NCBI GenBank assembly: GCA_051313645.2
Contig: JBNRSN020000161.1
Location: 682,001-746,000 of the forward strand
From: Centroscyllium fabricii
Taxonomy: Eukaryota
Reading direction: 5' to 3'
DNA: 64,000 nucleotides
Position 1 is the first letter of the stretch. Every line of letters begins with the position of its first letter. Under the pieces are notes generated by a model that had not been told where the DNA came from, did no database searches, and worked only from the letters and a program-made list of their open reading frames with translations. Shown here in pieces: positions 24,243 through 36,640 of this stretch. The position numbers and the translations under genes were made by a program.

Positions 24243-25112
24243 TCAGTGTTCAATTTTTCCTTCTGCCTCTGAAGTGTTGCGGGATCTATTTTTCCACATT
24301 AAATGTATGTTGTTGGGTGGTGGTGGTCAACCATTGGCACAACCCCAACAAAATGTCATCAGGGATACCAGGGGCCTGTCTGCAAACATGCGTTTGGTCA
24401 AGGCTCACTCAAGCCAATTCTTTGGCATAAATTTGAACAATGTTATCTGATTCAGTGATTCTCAAACTTGTTGAGCCTGGAGGAAACACTCCTGCTCCTC
24501 CTGACCCACAAACAGTGCTGTAAATGTACTTTCCTCGTGGATTCAGCCCATCTCGCCTCCTTTTACCTGCCGGGATTCCTGAAGCCAGGGAAATCCGTCC
24601 AAAATGGGTTTAAAAAAAAAGAGAAATCTTGTTATAATGAAAGCACGCGGTCTCCTTAAAAGGTTTCAATGACCATTCCGCCTCCCGAGAGCGAATTGGT
24701 CACCCGCCCTTTGTCCCGCAGCCATTAAAACTGGAAGTAGGTGGGTTGGATTCCTGTTTCAGATTTTTAACATTTTTAACCTATCACTTGACCCTAGCCC
24801 ACCCGTTTTCGGAGGATTAAAATTAGCCTCTCTGTTTCTCTCACCCCTCCAGCTATGGATAGCGAGAGTGGTACAACCGCAAGAAAAGGTTTCTCTACTC
24901 CGTTACTCCTGTTCATTTTCTCTGCCTCTTTCGCTCTACCTCCTCCCCTACTCCTCCTTCTCGTTCACTGTTTACTCTCTCCTTTTTTTACTCCTGTGCG
25001 TCTCTCTACTCCACTCCCCTTTCCCTCCCCTCATTTTAATATTTCTCATCCAGTGCAGAGTGGGACTAATTGGAGAGCTCTTTCAAAGGGCCGGCAGAGT
25101 CACGGTGAGCTG

Positions 25113-25399
25113 AATAATAATAATACAACTTTATTGTCATTATACAATGTACAAGTACATGAACAATGAAATGTGATCTTGCAAGCTCCCTAGAGTCCAG
25201 CAAAGCCACTGCGTCTGTGCGCGCCGCCATTCCATCTTTCTGACCATCTTCAGCCAACCGCCCCTCCCCGAGGCTCCTTTCGTGACCTTCTGCACCTGGC
25301 ATTCCCTGGTATTCCCCCATCCAAGTACTAACCAGGCCTGGCCCTACTTAGCTTCCAAGCCTTGCCAGTGACCCTGACCCTAGTCCCAGGAACAGGGCT
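25113..25399 (-). mobile_element. 5S rRNA-derived SINE (SINE3-like), copy 1
   Basis: Reverse complement of 25807-26094; contains GGAAGCTAAG...GGCCTGGTTAGTACTTGGATGGG, the 5S internal control region. Confidence 0.75.
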
Positions 25400-25590
25400 C
25401 CTTCTGTGCTGTCAGATTCAATGATCCACTTTTATTTCTCCCCTCCCTCACTTTTGTCTCTTTCCCTCTCTCTCACGTGCCTCTTCCTTTTCGCTTTCCC
25501 TTTTTTTATTATGGTTTGTACCTCTTTCTCCCTCTGCGACAGTTTATTTTTCCTCCCTGTGGTGCAGCACTGGTGCTGCCACCTGAGGAA

Positions 25591-25605
25591 CCAGCAGGGG
25601 GCAGC
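25591..25605 (+). promoter_or_regulatory. CTCF core motif
   Basis: CCAGCAGGGGGCAGC is a near-consensus CTCF core in non-repeat sequence. Confidence 0.55.
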
Positions 25606-25806
25606 ATTGTCAAGGCGAGTGAGCAGAATGAGTCTCTCCAGCAGTCAGGGAATGGGACTTTACAGAGAGCCCGCTGCTGAAATAATAACTAACAAGCCCT
25701 GCTGGTGCTAAATATTGGTCAGGACTTTCTCAACCATCCTGTGTAACCACAGCATAGTAATATCTGGTCATTACAGCAACTTGCATTTATATAGTGCCTT
25801 TCATAT

Positions 25807-26094
25807 AGCCCTGTTCCTGGGACTAGGGACAGGGTCACTGGCAAGGCTTGGAAGCTAAGCAGAGCCAGGCCTGGTTAGTACTGGGAAGGGTCACCACCAG
25901 GGAATACCAGGTGCAGAGGTCACGAAAGGAGCCCCGGGGAGGGGCGGTTGGCTGAAGATTGTCAGAAAGATGGAATGGCGGCGCGCACAGACGCAGTGGC
26001 TTTGCTGGACTCTTGGGAGCTTGCAAGATCACATTTCGTTGTTCATGTACTTGTACATTGTATAATGACAATAAAGTTGAATTATTATTATTAT
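25807..26094 (+). mobile_element. 5S rRNA-derived SINE (SINE3-like), copy 2
   Basis: GGAAGCTAAGCAGAGCCAGGCCTGGTTAGTACTGGGAAGGGTCACCACCAGGGAATACCAGGTGC aligns with the 3' half of 5S rRNA (box A/IE/box C). The tail is GACAATAAAGTTGA(ATT)n. Confidence 0.78.
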
Positions 26095-27169
26095 GTAGTA
26101 AAATGTGATCAACCAAAGAATGAGATATTAGGGCAGGTGACCAAAAGCTTGTTCAAAGAGGTAGGTTTTAAGGAGCGTCTTAAAGGAGGAGAGAGAGGTT
26201 CAGGGAGGGAATTCCAGAGCCCAGGGCCCAGACAGCTGAAGGCACGACTGCCAATGGTGGAGCGAAGGAGGTGTGGGATGTGCAAGAGGTCAGACTTGGA
26301 GGAGTGCAGAGATCTCAGAAGGGTTGTAGAGCTGGAGGAGGTTGGAGAGATAGGGAGGGGGCGAGGGATTTGAAGATGAGAATTTTAAAGTCGAGCCTTT
26401 GCCGGACCGGGAGCCATTGTAGGTCAGCGAGCACAGGGCTGATGGGTGAACGGGACGTGGCATTCGCGCAGTTAAAATCTCACTGCAAATAATGAACAGC
26501 GGAACTCCTCCTTCATTGTTGAGGCTGAGAAGAGGGTCATTTGTTTGCCACCTGGCTGTGTAATAGCTGAGCTGGTATTCCTCACCTAGATGAACATTAA
26601 AAAAAATCCAAAAATAAATGTTAAAAATAGCAATGATTGCATCAGTAAATGCAATGCCTATTGTGGTACTGAGCCATACTGAGCAGGAAGGCCCTGGGTT
26701 GGGTTCTTGGTATGCTGACAATGAAGGGTCCAGACTATTGAACCAGGGGTGTCACCCAATGTTCCCGTTCATTATTGTTGGGGTGCATGACCCTTTTAAG
26801 GGGTTGCGTGGCCCATTCAAATTATCACGCAACCGCGATTTTTGCCACATAAAAGCCGGCGAGCGGCCTGCGCAGGACCACCAGTCTGCCATGCGGCCGC
26901 GCAGCTTAACGGGCACATTGGTGTCCTCACAGTTGTGCCTTCACATGACATTGACTAGACGCATTATGCAGTCAGGGTCACTAAACAGCAAAATGACTGC
27001 TTATCCTCCTCCTTGCCCCGGGTACAAGTGGATACTACTCATCTGGCTTTAGTGTTTCTGGGCCAGGGGGAGGAGAATTGCTCAACTGCCTAGTGACCCA
27101 GGCAGGAGAGTGTGTGGATATCAGTGCAGAGCTGGACTATGATGGCGTCTCTGATCAAATAGTGTGTTA

Positions 27170-27655
27170 ACTCGTACCAAGTCCCGTTCACCCATCACCC
27201 CTGTGCTCGCTGACCTACATTGGCTCCCAGTTAAGCAACGCCTCGATTTTAAAATTCTCATGCTTGTTTTCACATCCCTCCATGGCCCTCACTCCTCCCT
27301 ATCTCTGTAACCTTCTCCAGCCCTATAATTTCCCCAGACCTCTGCGCTCCGCCTATTCTGGCCTCTTGAACATTCCTGATTATAATCGCTCCACCATTGG
27401 CAGCTCTGCCTTCAGTTGCCGAGGCCCAAGGTTCTGGAATTCCCTCCCTAAATCTCTCCGCCTCGCTACCTCTCTTTCCTCCTTTTAAGACGCTCCTTAG
27501 AACCTACCTCATTGACCAAGCTTTCGGTTATCTGCCCTAATTTATCCTTATGTGGCTAAGTGTCAAATTTTGATTTTTTTGATAACACTCCTGTGAAGCA
27601 CCTTGGGACGTTTTATTACGTTAAAAGTGCTATTCAAATGCAAGTTGTTGTTGTT
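27170..27655 (+). mobile_element. L2 LINE 3' end (others on minus at ~26110-26460 and ~29735-30030)
   Basis: PITPVLADLHWLPVKQRLDFKIL...AFSCRGPRFWNSLP followed by the GCAAGTTGTTGTTG tail. Confidence 0.8.
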
Positions 27656-27889
27656 GGGGGCTACTTGGAGGAGTAAATGGAGGAAAGGAATTGGGGAGCA
27701 AATGACTGTGTCTGGATAAACTGGGACTTCTCGGTTTCAAACTGTGCACAGATCAGGCGTTTTCCTCCGACACGAATCTATATAATTTTGATGGTAATTT
27801 GCTGTGTTCTGTCCCCGTAATACTTTACCTGGATAATGTTTGTTACTGCTGACAAAGTGATGTGATGGGCAGCCTCTCCATTGTTTTAG

Positions 27890-27968
27890 GTGAAGTTGTG
27901 CAAAGCATTCTTTGCTCTCCAGGGACATATTCTGACACGGGAGCCCAGCCCTGCCGACTGTGGACAAA
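27890..27968 (+). CDS. TNF receptor superfamily gene (TNFRSF4/9/18-like), exon A: first half of the cysteine-rich domain
   Basis: ttttag|GT GAA...ACA AA|gtaagt; encodes EVVQSILCSPGTYSDTGAQPCRLWT(N). An in-frame ATG also lies at 27865. Confidence 0.88.
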
Positions 27969-28490
27969 GTAAGTGTTGCCGATTTGCTTAATATGTACAC
28001 TTGTCAATTTTGTTACTGCCATCAAAAAAACACTGGGTGACCCTGAAAATAAGTCTAGTCATGGTTTTAGACCACTTCCTGGGTTCTTCAGTAATGTCCC
28101 TTTTAATACAATTCACTAAAACTGGACTTCAGCCAGCTATTTCCTGCTTTGTGACGCATCTGTTTTCTTGTTAAATCACTAACACAAATTCTTTTGGCTA
28201 CTCAAAGTTACTACGAGCATTCTTTATTTCTGGGTTTCTCCAGAGGAATAATAGCCAGAGGAGCAAAGCACCTCCCTTGCCATATATCTTGCCTGCCTCC
28301 CTCAGGCACTATCCTAGATATCAGCAGTTTGTGTTAGGATTTGCGGAGACTTCTTCCCCTCCTCCCTCCGTCCATTTTTCCTCCCCACTGCCTCTCCCTT
28401 ACTGAGGCGATGCTCAGTGTATTTCCAGGGCCACTTGGGTGATGAGAGTTGACAGGGAGTGATTCTGTACTCCCATGATGCTGTAACTCA

Positions 28491-28603
28491 GAAACAACCC
28501 AGCCCACATTGAGAGTTCTTTCATTCAACCCAGCCCACATTGAGAGTTCCTTCATTCAACCCAATCCACATTGAGAGTTCCTTCATTCAACCCAGTCCAC
28601 ATT
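28491..28603. repeat. 30-bp minisatellite, ~4 units, intronic
   Basis: Unit CATTCAACCCAGCCCACATTGAGAGTTCCTT-like. Confidence 0.85.
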
Positions 28604-29043
28604 TGGGTCCTTCTTGGATGTCCCTGCTCAGTTACGGTCAAGGAGATTCATGGATGCAGTCTCAACATGCAGCTAAGCATCGGCAAGTGCCATCATGAAA
28701 AAATGTTTGTTGTGCTGTTTTAAGTGGTACTGCACTTCCAACATTGGCACACTTGGGTGCGCGTGACAACAAGCCAGCTCATTGGAGATGATTTTCTAAA
28801 TGAGGAGAGATGTGCAAAGGGTTCTTTCAAAGGGAATTGTGTAGCACAGCTAGGAGTCAGGGTGGGCTATGCTAATAGGTGGAGGAGAGGGAGAGGATTT
28901 GCACCTGTCCTTCTCCGAGGAGACTCAAGTTAGGAATTTGTAAGCTGGAGGGTTTTAAAGATGTAAACTTGAACAGTGCACTGGTGAATGCGTTTTCATT
29001 CCTTCTCAGTAATGCGCTCTTTATTCATCCTTTTTGTTAAAAG

Positions 29044-29138
29044 CTGCACCGCACTGGGTCATATCGAAATTACACCTGCAAATCAAACCAGTGACGCAAT
29101 CTGCAATGATATCACAAAGGAACCCTGCAGTCAGAGAG
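29044..29138 (+). CDS. TNFRSF gene exon B: second half of the cysteine-rich domain and stalk
   Basis: aaag|C TGC...AGA G|gtaagc; encodes (N)CTALGHIEITPANQTSDAICNDITKEPCSQR. The phase-2 join with exon A makes WTNC, resembling OX40 CKPWTNCTLAGKHTLQPASNSSDAIC. Confidence 0.9.
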
Positions 29139-30308
29139 GTAAGCTGTGTTTAAAAACACATTTACATCATTTGGCGAATTTACGCAGGTTAAAACATTCC
29201 CCATTTACACTGTGCCATCGGTCACTCCCAAATGTGCCCCACCCCAATCACCTCACCCCACCTTAATCAGCGCCCCCCCCACCCCCCGCCCCGGCCCCAG
29301 TCGGTGCTCCAAGTTGACCGTATTTGGTGTAATGACCGAGGGTGCGATGTGGGATTTATGCAGTTGTCTTCTCAGACTGTGGTTTAAGTAGGGTGCTTTT
29401 GTGAGGGGTATATTATAGAGGAGGGAGCCACAACCATGTGCGCTGTACTGTTATATTCGAAGGGTGATATATGAAAGAATGGAAGGGAGCTACTTGCTGT
29501 ATCAGACTTTCTTCAAGTGATGGGTGTGTACATTTCCTTGTTTCCTTGATCTGTAAACAAGGAACTTGCATTTATTGGACACTTTATCAGGACGGTCCAA
29601 AGCACCACATACAATGAATGACTTTGAAATGAGGTAATTGTTTTGAAGGCAAACAAGGCAATTATATTGCGTACAGCAAGATCCCGTGTGGCTCAATCAA
29701 GAAAGGAACGTACATGCTAATTTACAAATTAACAACTTGCATTTATATAGCGCTTTTAATGTAGTAAAGCGTTGCGCGGCGCTTCATACGAGCGACTATC
29801 AGACAAAAGGTGACACCGAGCCATAGAAGGTGACGTGAGGAGAGGTGACCAAGCACTTGGTCAAAGAGCTAGGCTGGAAGCCGAGTCTTCAAGGAGGTGA
29901 AGAGGTTTAGGGAGGGAATTCCAGAGCTTTGGGTGTAGGCAGCTGATGGCACAGCCAGTAATAGTGGGGCGAAGTAATTGGGGGATGCACAAGAGGTCAG
30001 AGTTGGAGGGACGCAGATTTCGCGGAGGGTCTATTAAACAGCTGAAAACATCAAATGGGAATAAATCCCTCTTGCTCAGTTAGTAAATGCACCACATCGA
30101 TGTAGCCCCGAGCAACATTTCCGTTTAGCTGCGCGTGCAGCCGGCCCTGAATACGCCTGGGATAGGAAAAGGAGGGAATATCGACCTGATCCCAGGAGAG
30201 TCAGCAGTTTCAGTAGGAGAAAGTAGAGAAAATTGGATTAAATCCCTTCAGTGGTACACATACTGCGCACATTTTCGAAGACATTTTGTGTTTTCTCTCT
30301 GACCAAAG

Positions 30309-30440
30309 GTTCAACTGACAAAGTGAAGGTTGTATTAGTCGTTATGGTCATTGGCAGTTTCCTCCTGCTGTGTCTATCGATTGGGATGCACATCGTCTTA
30401 TGGAGGAGGCAGAGAAGGAATGAATTTAAGTTGTTAACCG
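30309..30440 (+). CDS. TNFRSF gene exon C: transmembrane segment
   Basis: ccaaag|GT TCA...ACC G|gtacgt; encodes GSTDKVKVVLVVMVIGSFLLLCLSIGMHIVLWRRQRRNEFKLLT, a hydrophobic helix followed by a basic stop-transfer. Phases are 1/1. Confidence 0.9.
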
Positions 30441-33400
30441 GTACGTGAAGGTTTTTACAGTCACTTCCTCCCCTTTGGTTTCCTTACCAGTGGAGAAAAT
30501 GAATTGGAGCTCCCTCGGTGACAGTGGGGGAAACGATAGCCTGCTGCAACACAAAGGCACACACACAAAGGTTCCAAGGTGGCTGGGTTTTCAGCCTCTG
30601 CTCTGTTTAATTGATCTCACCCATGGGGGGAATTTTCCTGGAGCCGACAGCTGGCTTTTTCGGCAGCCGGGGAGGCAAAATCGCAGAAACGGGGGGTCGC
30701 GACCCCTCCCGCCGGTATCCCGCCAGCTTGTGCGTTTCAGCCCAGCGGGTCTGATCAACCCGCTTCAGTCCTGCCCACCACCGGCGGGGGTGGTCGTTAG
30801 GCTCATTAGGGACCCTTAATTGACATGCATAATGCCATTTTAAGGGCCCCTTGCAATTTTCAGCCTTTTCCCACACAAAACCGACCAGCTGGAAACCCTG
30901 CCATTGAAACCTAGTGGGGACACCAGTGACTTCCTGACTATCATTGAAGCAGCTGCAGTAGCAGCAGTCCCTGGATTCCAGTCTGCATCGGCACTAACTG
31001 TATCCCTAGGGTGCAAAAGATCAGTGGGAGAAAAGCTGTCACAAACTCACCTTGTAGCTGTTTTGAGAGATAACACCTAAGTTCTCAATGAAATGGCTCT
31101 GCTGGAGCAGGCAGCCAGTGAAACAGACAGCAGCTGTTACTCAATCTCTGTGGTTGAGAGCACCCATTGTGATGTCATAGACCTCTTTGATAATCCATTG
31201 AAACAGACAGCAGCTGTCACTCAATCTCTGGTTTAGTAGGCTAACGACCCTGTTGCTGAAACAGCCGAAACCCGCCGGCTTCCTGTCTGCAAACAGTCCT
31301 GAGGCAAGGGCTGCCCACCCGTGGGGATTTAATTGGCCAATTAAGCCAAAATTGCGTGGGGCTCCCACACCCCTCAGAAAGCGGGAAGAAAACATGATCA
31401 GTGGGGAACCCACCAATTCACAGAAACACAGAAGATAGGAGCAGGAGTAGGCCATTCGGCCCTTTGAGCCTGCTCTGCCATTTTTTGATGAGATCATGGC
31501 TGATCATCCAAACCCAGCACCCCCCTCCTACCCTCTCCCCATATCCCCCGACACCCCCAACTCTAAGAACTATCTCTCACACACATACTCATGGGCAATT
31601 TTTAGTATCTCCAATTCACCTAACCTGCATGTCTTTGGGTGATGGGAGGAAACCGGAGTACCCGGAGGAAACCCACACGAACACGGGGAGAACATGCAAA
31701 CTCCTTTTACTTTTTTTCCCCCTACACCTTGAGGAAAATTGACCCCATTGAGTTGAGTGTTGCAAATGTCCTTGGTGTTTCTGAGATGGAGAAATTTAAA
31801 AAACAAATGTGAGCTGCACTTTGTTCTGCGCGGACTGTTTCTTTTGATGTGCGGTTCCTTTAAATTTCTGCACCTGCGCGGTATTCACAGTGTAAAAGCC
31901 GGTGAGCGGCCCGCACAGGACTTTCAGATTACTGTGTGGCCATGTGCGCGCCTTAGCGGGAACATTGCTTCCTGATCACCATCCAGTGGCCTCTGCTGCA
32001 AGTGTGAATGTGTGGACATCAGGTAAGGGGAATCGGGCACCCACGGTTGAAGGCCCCATTGACACGTGGGCCTGGAGTTTAGCTCGGAGGCGCGATCCAT
32101 TGCGGGGAGCAAGGGGGGCTGTTTTGAAGTCAGTGGGTGGGGGGGGGGGGGGGTGGAAACCTGGAGGTACCAGCTAAAAACTGCAGGACGCCTTTTTAAA
32201 AACAAATGTTCTGCCCCACAGCCAGCCCGATTGACAGACTGAAGGCCTGTCAAGCGTGAAAGCCTGCAACACAAGGCGGCAGCTGAACTGGGTTGAGAGC
32301 AGGTAGGCCTAGTTGCGGGGAGATGATGGGTGGAGGTTTTCCGATCGCAGGGGGCAGATGGTCAGCAGTGGTGGGGGTCTGATGGTGATCAGGGAGCAGA
32401 CAAATCTGTGCAGGGGTGGGGAGGGGAGGTTTACTGGGTAGTTTGTTGAGCCTGGAGGAAGCACTCCTGCTCCTCCTGGCCCACAAGCAGTGTTGTAAAG
32501 GCACTTCCCTCATGGATTCAGCCCTTCAGCCCTTCAGCCCGGGGCGGCACGGTGGCATAGTGGTTAGCACTGTTGCCTCACAGCTTTGGAGACCCGGGTT
32601 CAAATCCAGCCTCGGGTACTATCTGTGTGGAGTTTGCACATTCTCCCCGTGTCTGCGTGGGTTTCCTCCGGGTGCTCCGGTTTCCTCCCACAGTCCAAAG
32701 ATGTGCGGGTTAGGTTGATTGGCCACGATAAATTGACCCTTAGTGTTAGGGGGATTGAATATGTGGGGCTACAGGGATAGGGTGGGATATGTGTCGATGC
32801 AGGCTCGATAGGGATCGCGGGATATGGGGAGAGGGCAGGGGCGGGGTGCTGGGTTTAGATGATCAGCCATGATCTCATTGAATGGCGGAGCAGGCTCGAA
32901 GGGCCGAATGGCCTACTCCTGCTCCTATCTTCTATGTTTCTATGTTTCTATGTTTCTATGTTTCTCTCCTCCTGGCCAACGTGAGTTTAAAAATAGAATC
33001 ACTCTTAAAATGTCCAACCCACCTCCTGCGAGCAGATTGGTCGCCCAACCCCTCACCTCACCTCCATTAAAACCGTAAGTGGGCGGGTTGGGTTCCTGTT
33101 ACAGATTTTTTAAATTTTAACTTCTGACCTGACCCCAACCCACCCTTTTTTGGGAGTTAAGGTTCAATCCATGATGTCTATGCTCACACCTAAAGGATGG
33201 CCACCTGGGCAAGGTACTGGATAACTTAACCCATTCTCCAGCAACAGTCAGTGCCTTCAGGAGAGGAGAGAATTGTGGTTCCTTTTTATTTAAAAAAAAT
33301 TATTCAATAAAATGACCTCTATATACGATAAGTGGGACCAGCCTATATACATTTGCAATTTTGCTCAAAGTAACAGACAAGAGGAAGTCTCCACAAACCT

Positions 33401-33495
33401 GGTCACAAGGTTAGTATAGACAGAGAATGAAAGTGTTCATGCAGTTTGGACAACCATATTTACCCATGCACTTTTATCCTTTTGCTTTGTGACAG

Positions 33496-33638
33496 CTGAG
33501 ACGAGTCCACGGCTCCTGAGGGCACAGGCGGAAGACACCTGCAGCACGCACTTCCCAGAACAGGAGTGCGGAGGGATATCGCACCAAGAGAAAAAGAACA
33601 TCGAGCAAGCCCATGTTGCTGTAAATTGTGGTTGCTGA
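33496..33638 (+). CDS. TNFRSF gene exon D: cytoplasmic tail with TRAF-binding motif and stop
   Basis: gacag|CT GAG...TGC TGA; encodes AETSPRLLRAQAEDTCSTHFPEQECGGISHQEKKNIEQAHVAVNCGC*. EDTCSTHFPEQECGG resembles 4-1BB EDGCSCRFPEEEEGG and GITR EDARSCQFPEEERG. Confidence 0.88.
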
Positions 33639-36600
33639 TCTCTTTTTGCATGAGGAAGACGTAATTGGACAGACAGTGGGGTTTATTCGGGTGTAAATGC
33701 GACACAGTGGGCCAGAAATTGCTGCAGTGACAGGTTTGGTGGCAAACTGACGTTAGTTGGACTTTTCCTGGTCGATATTTATCCCTCAACCAACATCACT
33801 AAAACAGATTATCTGGTCATTATTACATTGCTGTTTGTGGGAGCTTGCTGTGCGCAAATAGGCTGCGGCGTTTCCTGCATTACCACAGTGACTACACTTC
33901 AAAAAGTACTTCATTGGATGCAAAGCGCTTTGGGACGTCCTGAGTTCGTGAAAGGCATTCTAGAAATGCAGGTCTTTATTTTACGTTCATCGTTGACATA
34001 TACTTGCGCCGCAGATTGCTGGAACACCAGTTCCAAAACGGCTCAGCGATGTCCATGTCGCATCTGGAGCCTCGTGAACGTCGTGCCCATTGGCCTATCT
34101 CCCTTGACCAATGAAAGGAAAGGATAGAGAAAGAAACAGAGTGAAAGACGGAGGAGGATCTAGGGCAAATTTGAATCCAATGAAAGTGGGATAAGAGAGA
34201 GAGGGGAGGAGGGGAAGGGACAGGATGGAATGGTAGGAAAAAATGTAAAAAGAGCAAACAGCAGAAGAGAACATTGTAAGCTAGCTGCGTTTGGGACTTG
34301 GTCCTTGAGGAGTTAATGAGCGAATGGCAGGGTAGGTGTGCGAAATGTACAAACGTTCCTGACCCATGACGTATAGAACCAGGGGTCCTGTCCGTCATAA
34401 TCAGGAACAGTGGAACACCCAGTAGGCATGCCATGGCACTGCTATCATAGCAACATCGGAATTGCTAGACAAAAGCACGCCATCTAGTTCGCCTTCTGCC
34501 ATCCTGGTAGGCACATGGTGGCACAGTGGCACAGTGGTTAGCACTGTTGCCTCACAGCACTGGAGACCCGGGTTCAAATCCGGCCTCAGGTACTATCTGT
34601 GTGGAGTTTGCACATTCTCCCCGTGTCTGCGTGGGTTTCCTCCGGGTGCTCCGGTTTCCTCCCACAGTCCAAAGATGTGCGGGTTAGGTTGATTGGCCAT
34701 GATAAATTGACCCTTAGTGTTAGGGCGATTGAATATGTGGGGTTACGGGGCTAGGGTGGGATATGTGTCGGTGCAGGCTCGATAGGGATCGAGGGATATG
34801 GGGAGAGGGCAGGGACGGGATACTGGGTTTGGATGATCAGCCATGATCTCATTGAATGGCGGAGCAGGCTCGAAGGGCCGAATGGCCTACTCCTGCTCCT
34901 AGTTTCTATGTTTCGATGATACAGTGATCATATTTTTTAATTCATTCATGGGATGTGGGCGCCGCTGGCAAGGCCGGCATTTATTGCCCATCCCTAGCGG
35001 CCCTCGAGGTGGTGGTGAGCCGCCGCCTTGAAACAACTGAGTGTCTCACTGGGCCATTTCAGAGGGCAGTTAAGAGTCAACCACATTGCTGTGGGTCTGG
35101 AGTCACATGTAGGCCAGGCCGGGTAAGGAAGGCAGATTTCCTTCCCTAAAGAACATTAGTGAACCAGATGGGGTTTTATGATAATCTGGTTGTTTAATGT
35201 TTACCATTAATGGTACCTTGAAAAAAAAAATCCAGATATATTTAATTAACTGAATTTAAATTCCCCAGCTGCCGTGCTGGGATTTGAACTCCTGACACGT
35301 TAGCCCAGGCTTCTGGCTTACCCGTAACATAACCGCTATGCTACCATCCCAGTTAAAATGAGTCATTGACTCATCATAGCAATCAATCGCTAATAATTAG
35401 TCTGCAACAGACCCATGAGGTGCTGAAAGCCCTTCCCCCACCACCCCTGTGAACCATAGGTCCAAGGTCACCTTTCTCCTTCCAGGCATGCTACACTCAC
35501 CACATAGCATGACTCAAATTATTCATATACTGTGTCCTAAAATATTAGTATCTAATTTGTATTTGAATGATGGACACTCTCCTGAGTGTCGAAACAGCTT
35601 TGCATCCTGAAAATCGACACGAACAGGAGGGTGGATGGCAAAAGTGACACAAAAATTATGCCAAGACTGATAAAAACCCTAGGAACAATTCACTACCTGC
35701 TGGAGTGAGACTCCGCAGCGTCATTGTTCCCCTTCTAGGCCTCCAAGGTAGAGTGTCATGTCAGGACCACAAATCCTGTCACGAACCGGATTCTCTGCGA
35801 CAGTCATTACCAGCTGCAGCGGGAATCATTTGCACTAATGTGAATCTAGAAATTTCACAATTGGCGGTAATTTCTTTGGGGAGCCTCACCGCAAGATGTG
35901 ACTTTTATCGGCCTTGGCACGGCTCACAGCAGTGAGGCGCAAATCGTCCTGAGAATTGGAAATCACAGCGTACCACTTTTATTCCGCAAATTGCTGGACT
36001 TTTTACGAATTGCTTATGGCGAGCGCTGTTTATGCGACATTCTAATGCTGTGACTTCCCAGCAATTTCTAGTCCAATACCTCTTATCCCAACGGGTGTAG
36101 TTGGGGAAGGGGGGTGGGGGTTGGCCGGGTGGGGGGCGTGGAGGAGGATGGGGGGGTGTTGTACAATTTTCCTCCAAAATCCTTTGGAGGGGGGTAAAAC
36201 CAGGGAGGGTTCCCACTACTGGTTGCTTTCTTGGGATTCCCTGCTGGAAAGTGGTGATTGTGTGGACCACAGCAGACCAGATGCTAATATTGATTATCCA
36301 GGGTCATACGTGAAGAAGAGCCACCTATGCAACTACCAATGTGGTAAAAGTGGAATTTAATTTCCTTTTATTTTAATTTATTCTCGCGATGCACGTGTCA
36401 CTGGCAAGGCCAGCATTTATTGCCCATCCCTAAGGTGGTGGTGATCCACCTTCTTGAACCGCTGCAGTCCGTGTAGTGAAGGTGCTCCCACAGTGCTGTT
36501 AGGGAGGGAGTTCCAGGATTTTGACCCAGCGACGATGAAGGAACGGCCGATATTCTTCCAAGTCAGGATGGTGTGCGACTTGGAGGGGAACTTGGAGGTG

Positions 36601-36640
36601 GTGGTGTTCCCATGCGCCTGCTGCCCTTGTCCTTCTAGGT

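Noticed and set aside
25845-25920. 5S rRNA gene
   Set aside because: Only the 3' half matches, it is diverged, and it continues into a retroposon body and tail. Called as a SINE.
27677-27820. Hydrophobic short ORF as the TNFRSF signal-peptide exon
   Set aside because: It ends in a stop, and the available GT donors are not phase-compatible with exon A in that frame.
35739-35866. Candidate exon GLQGRVSCQDHKSCHEPDSLRQSLPAAAGIICTN with CRD-like cysteines
   Set aside because: Cysteine spacing is only loosely TNFR-like and no compatible partner exons were found.
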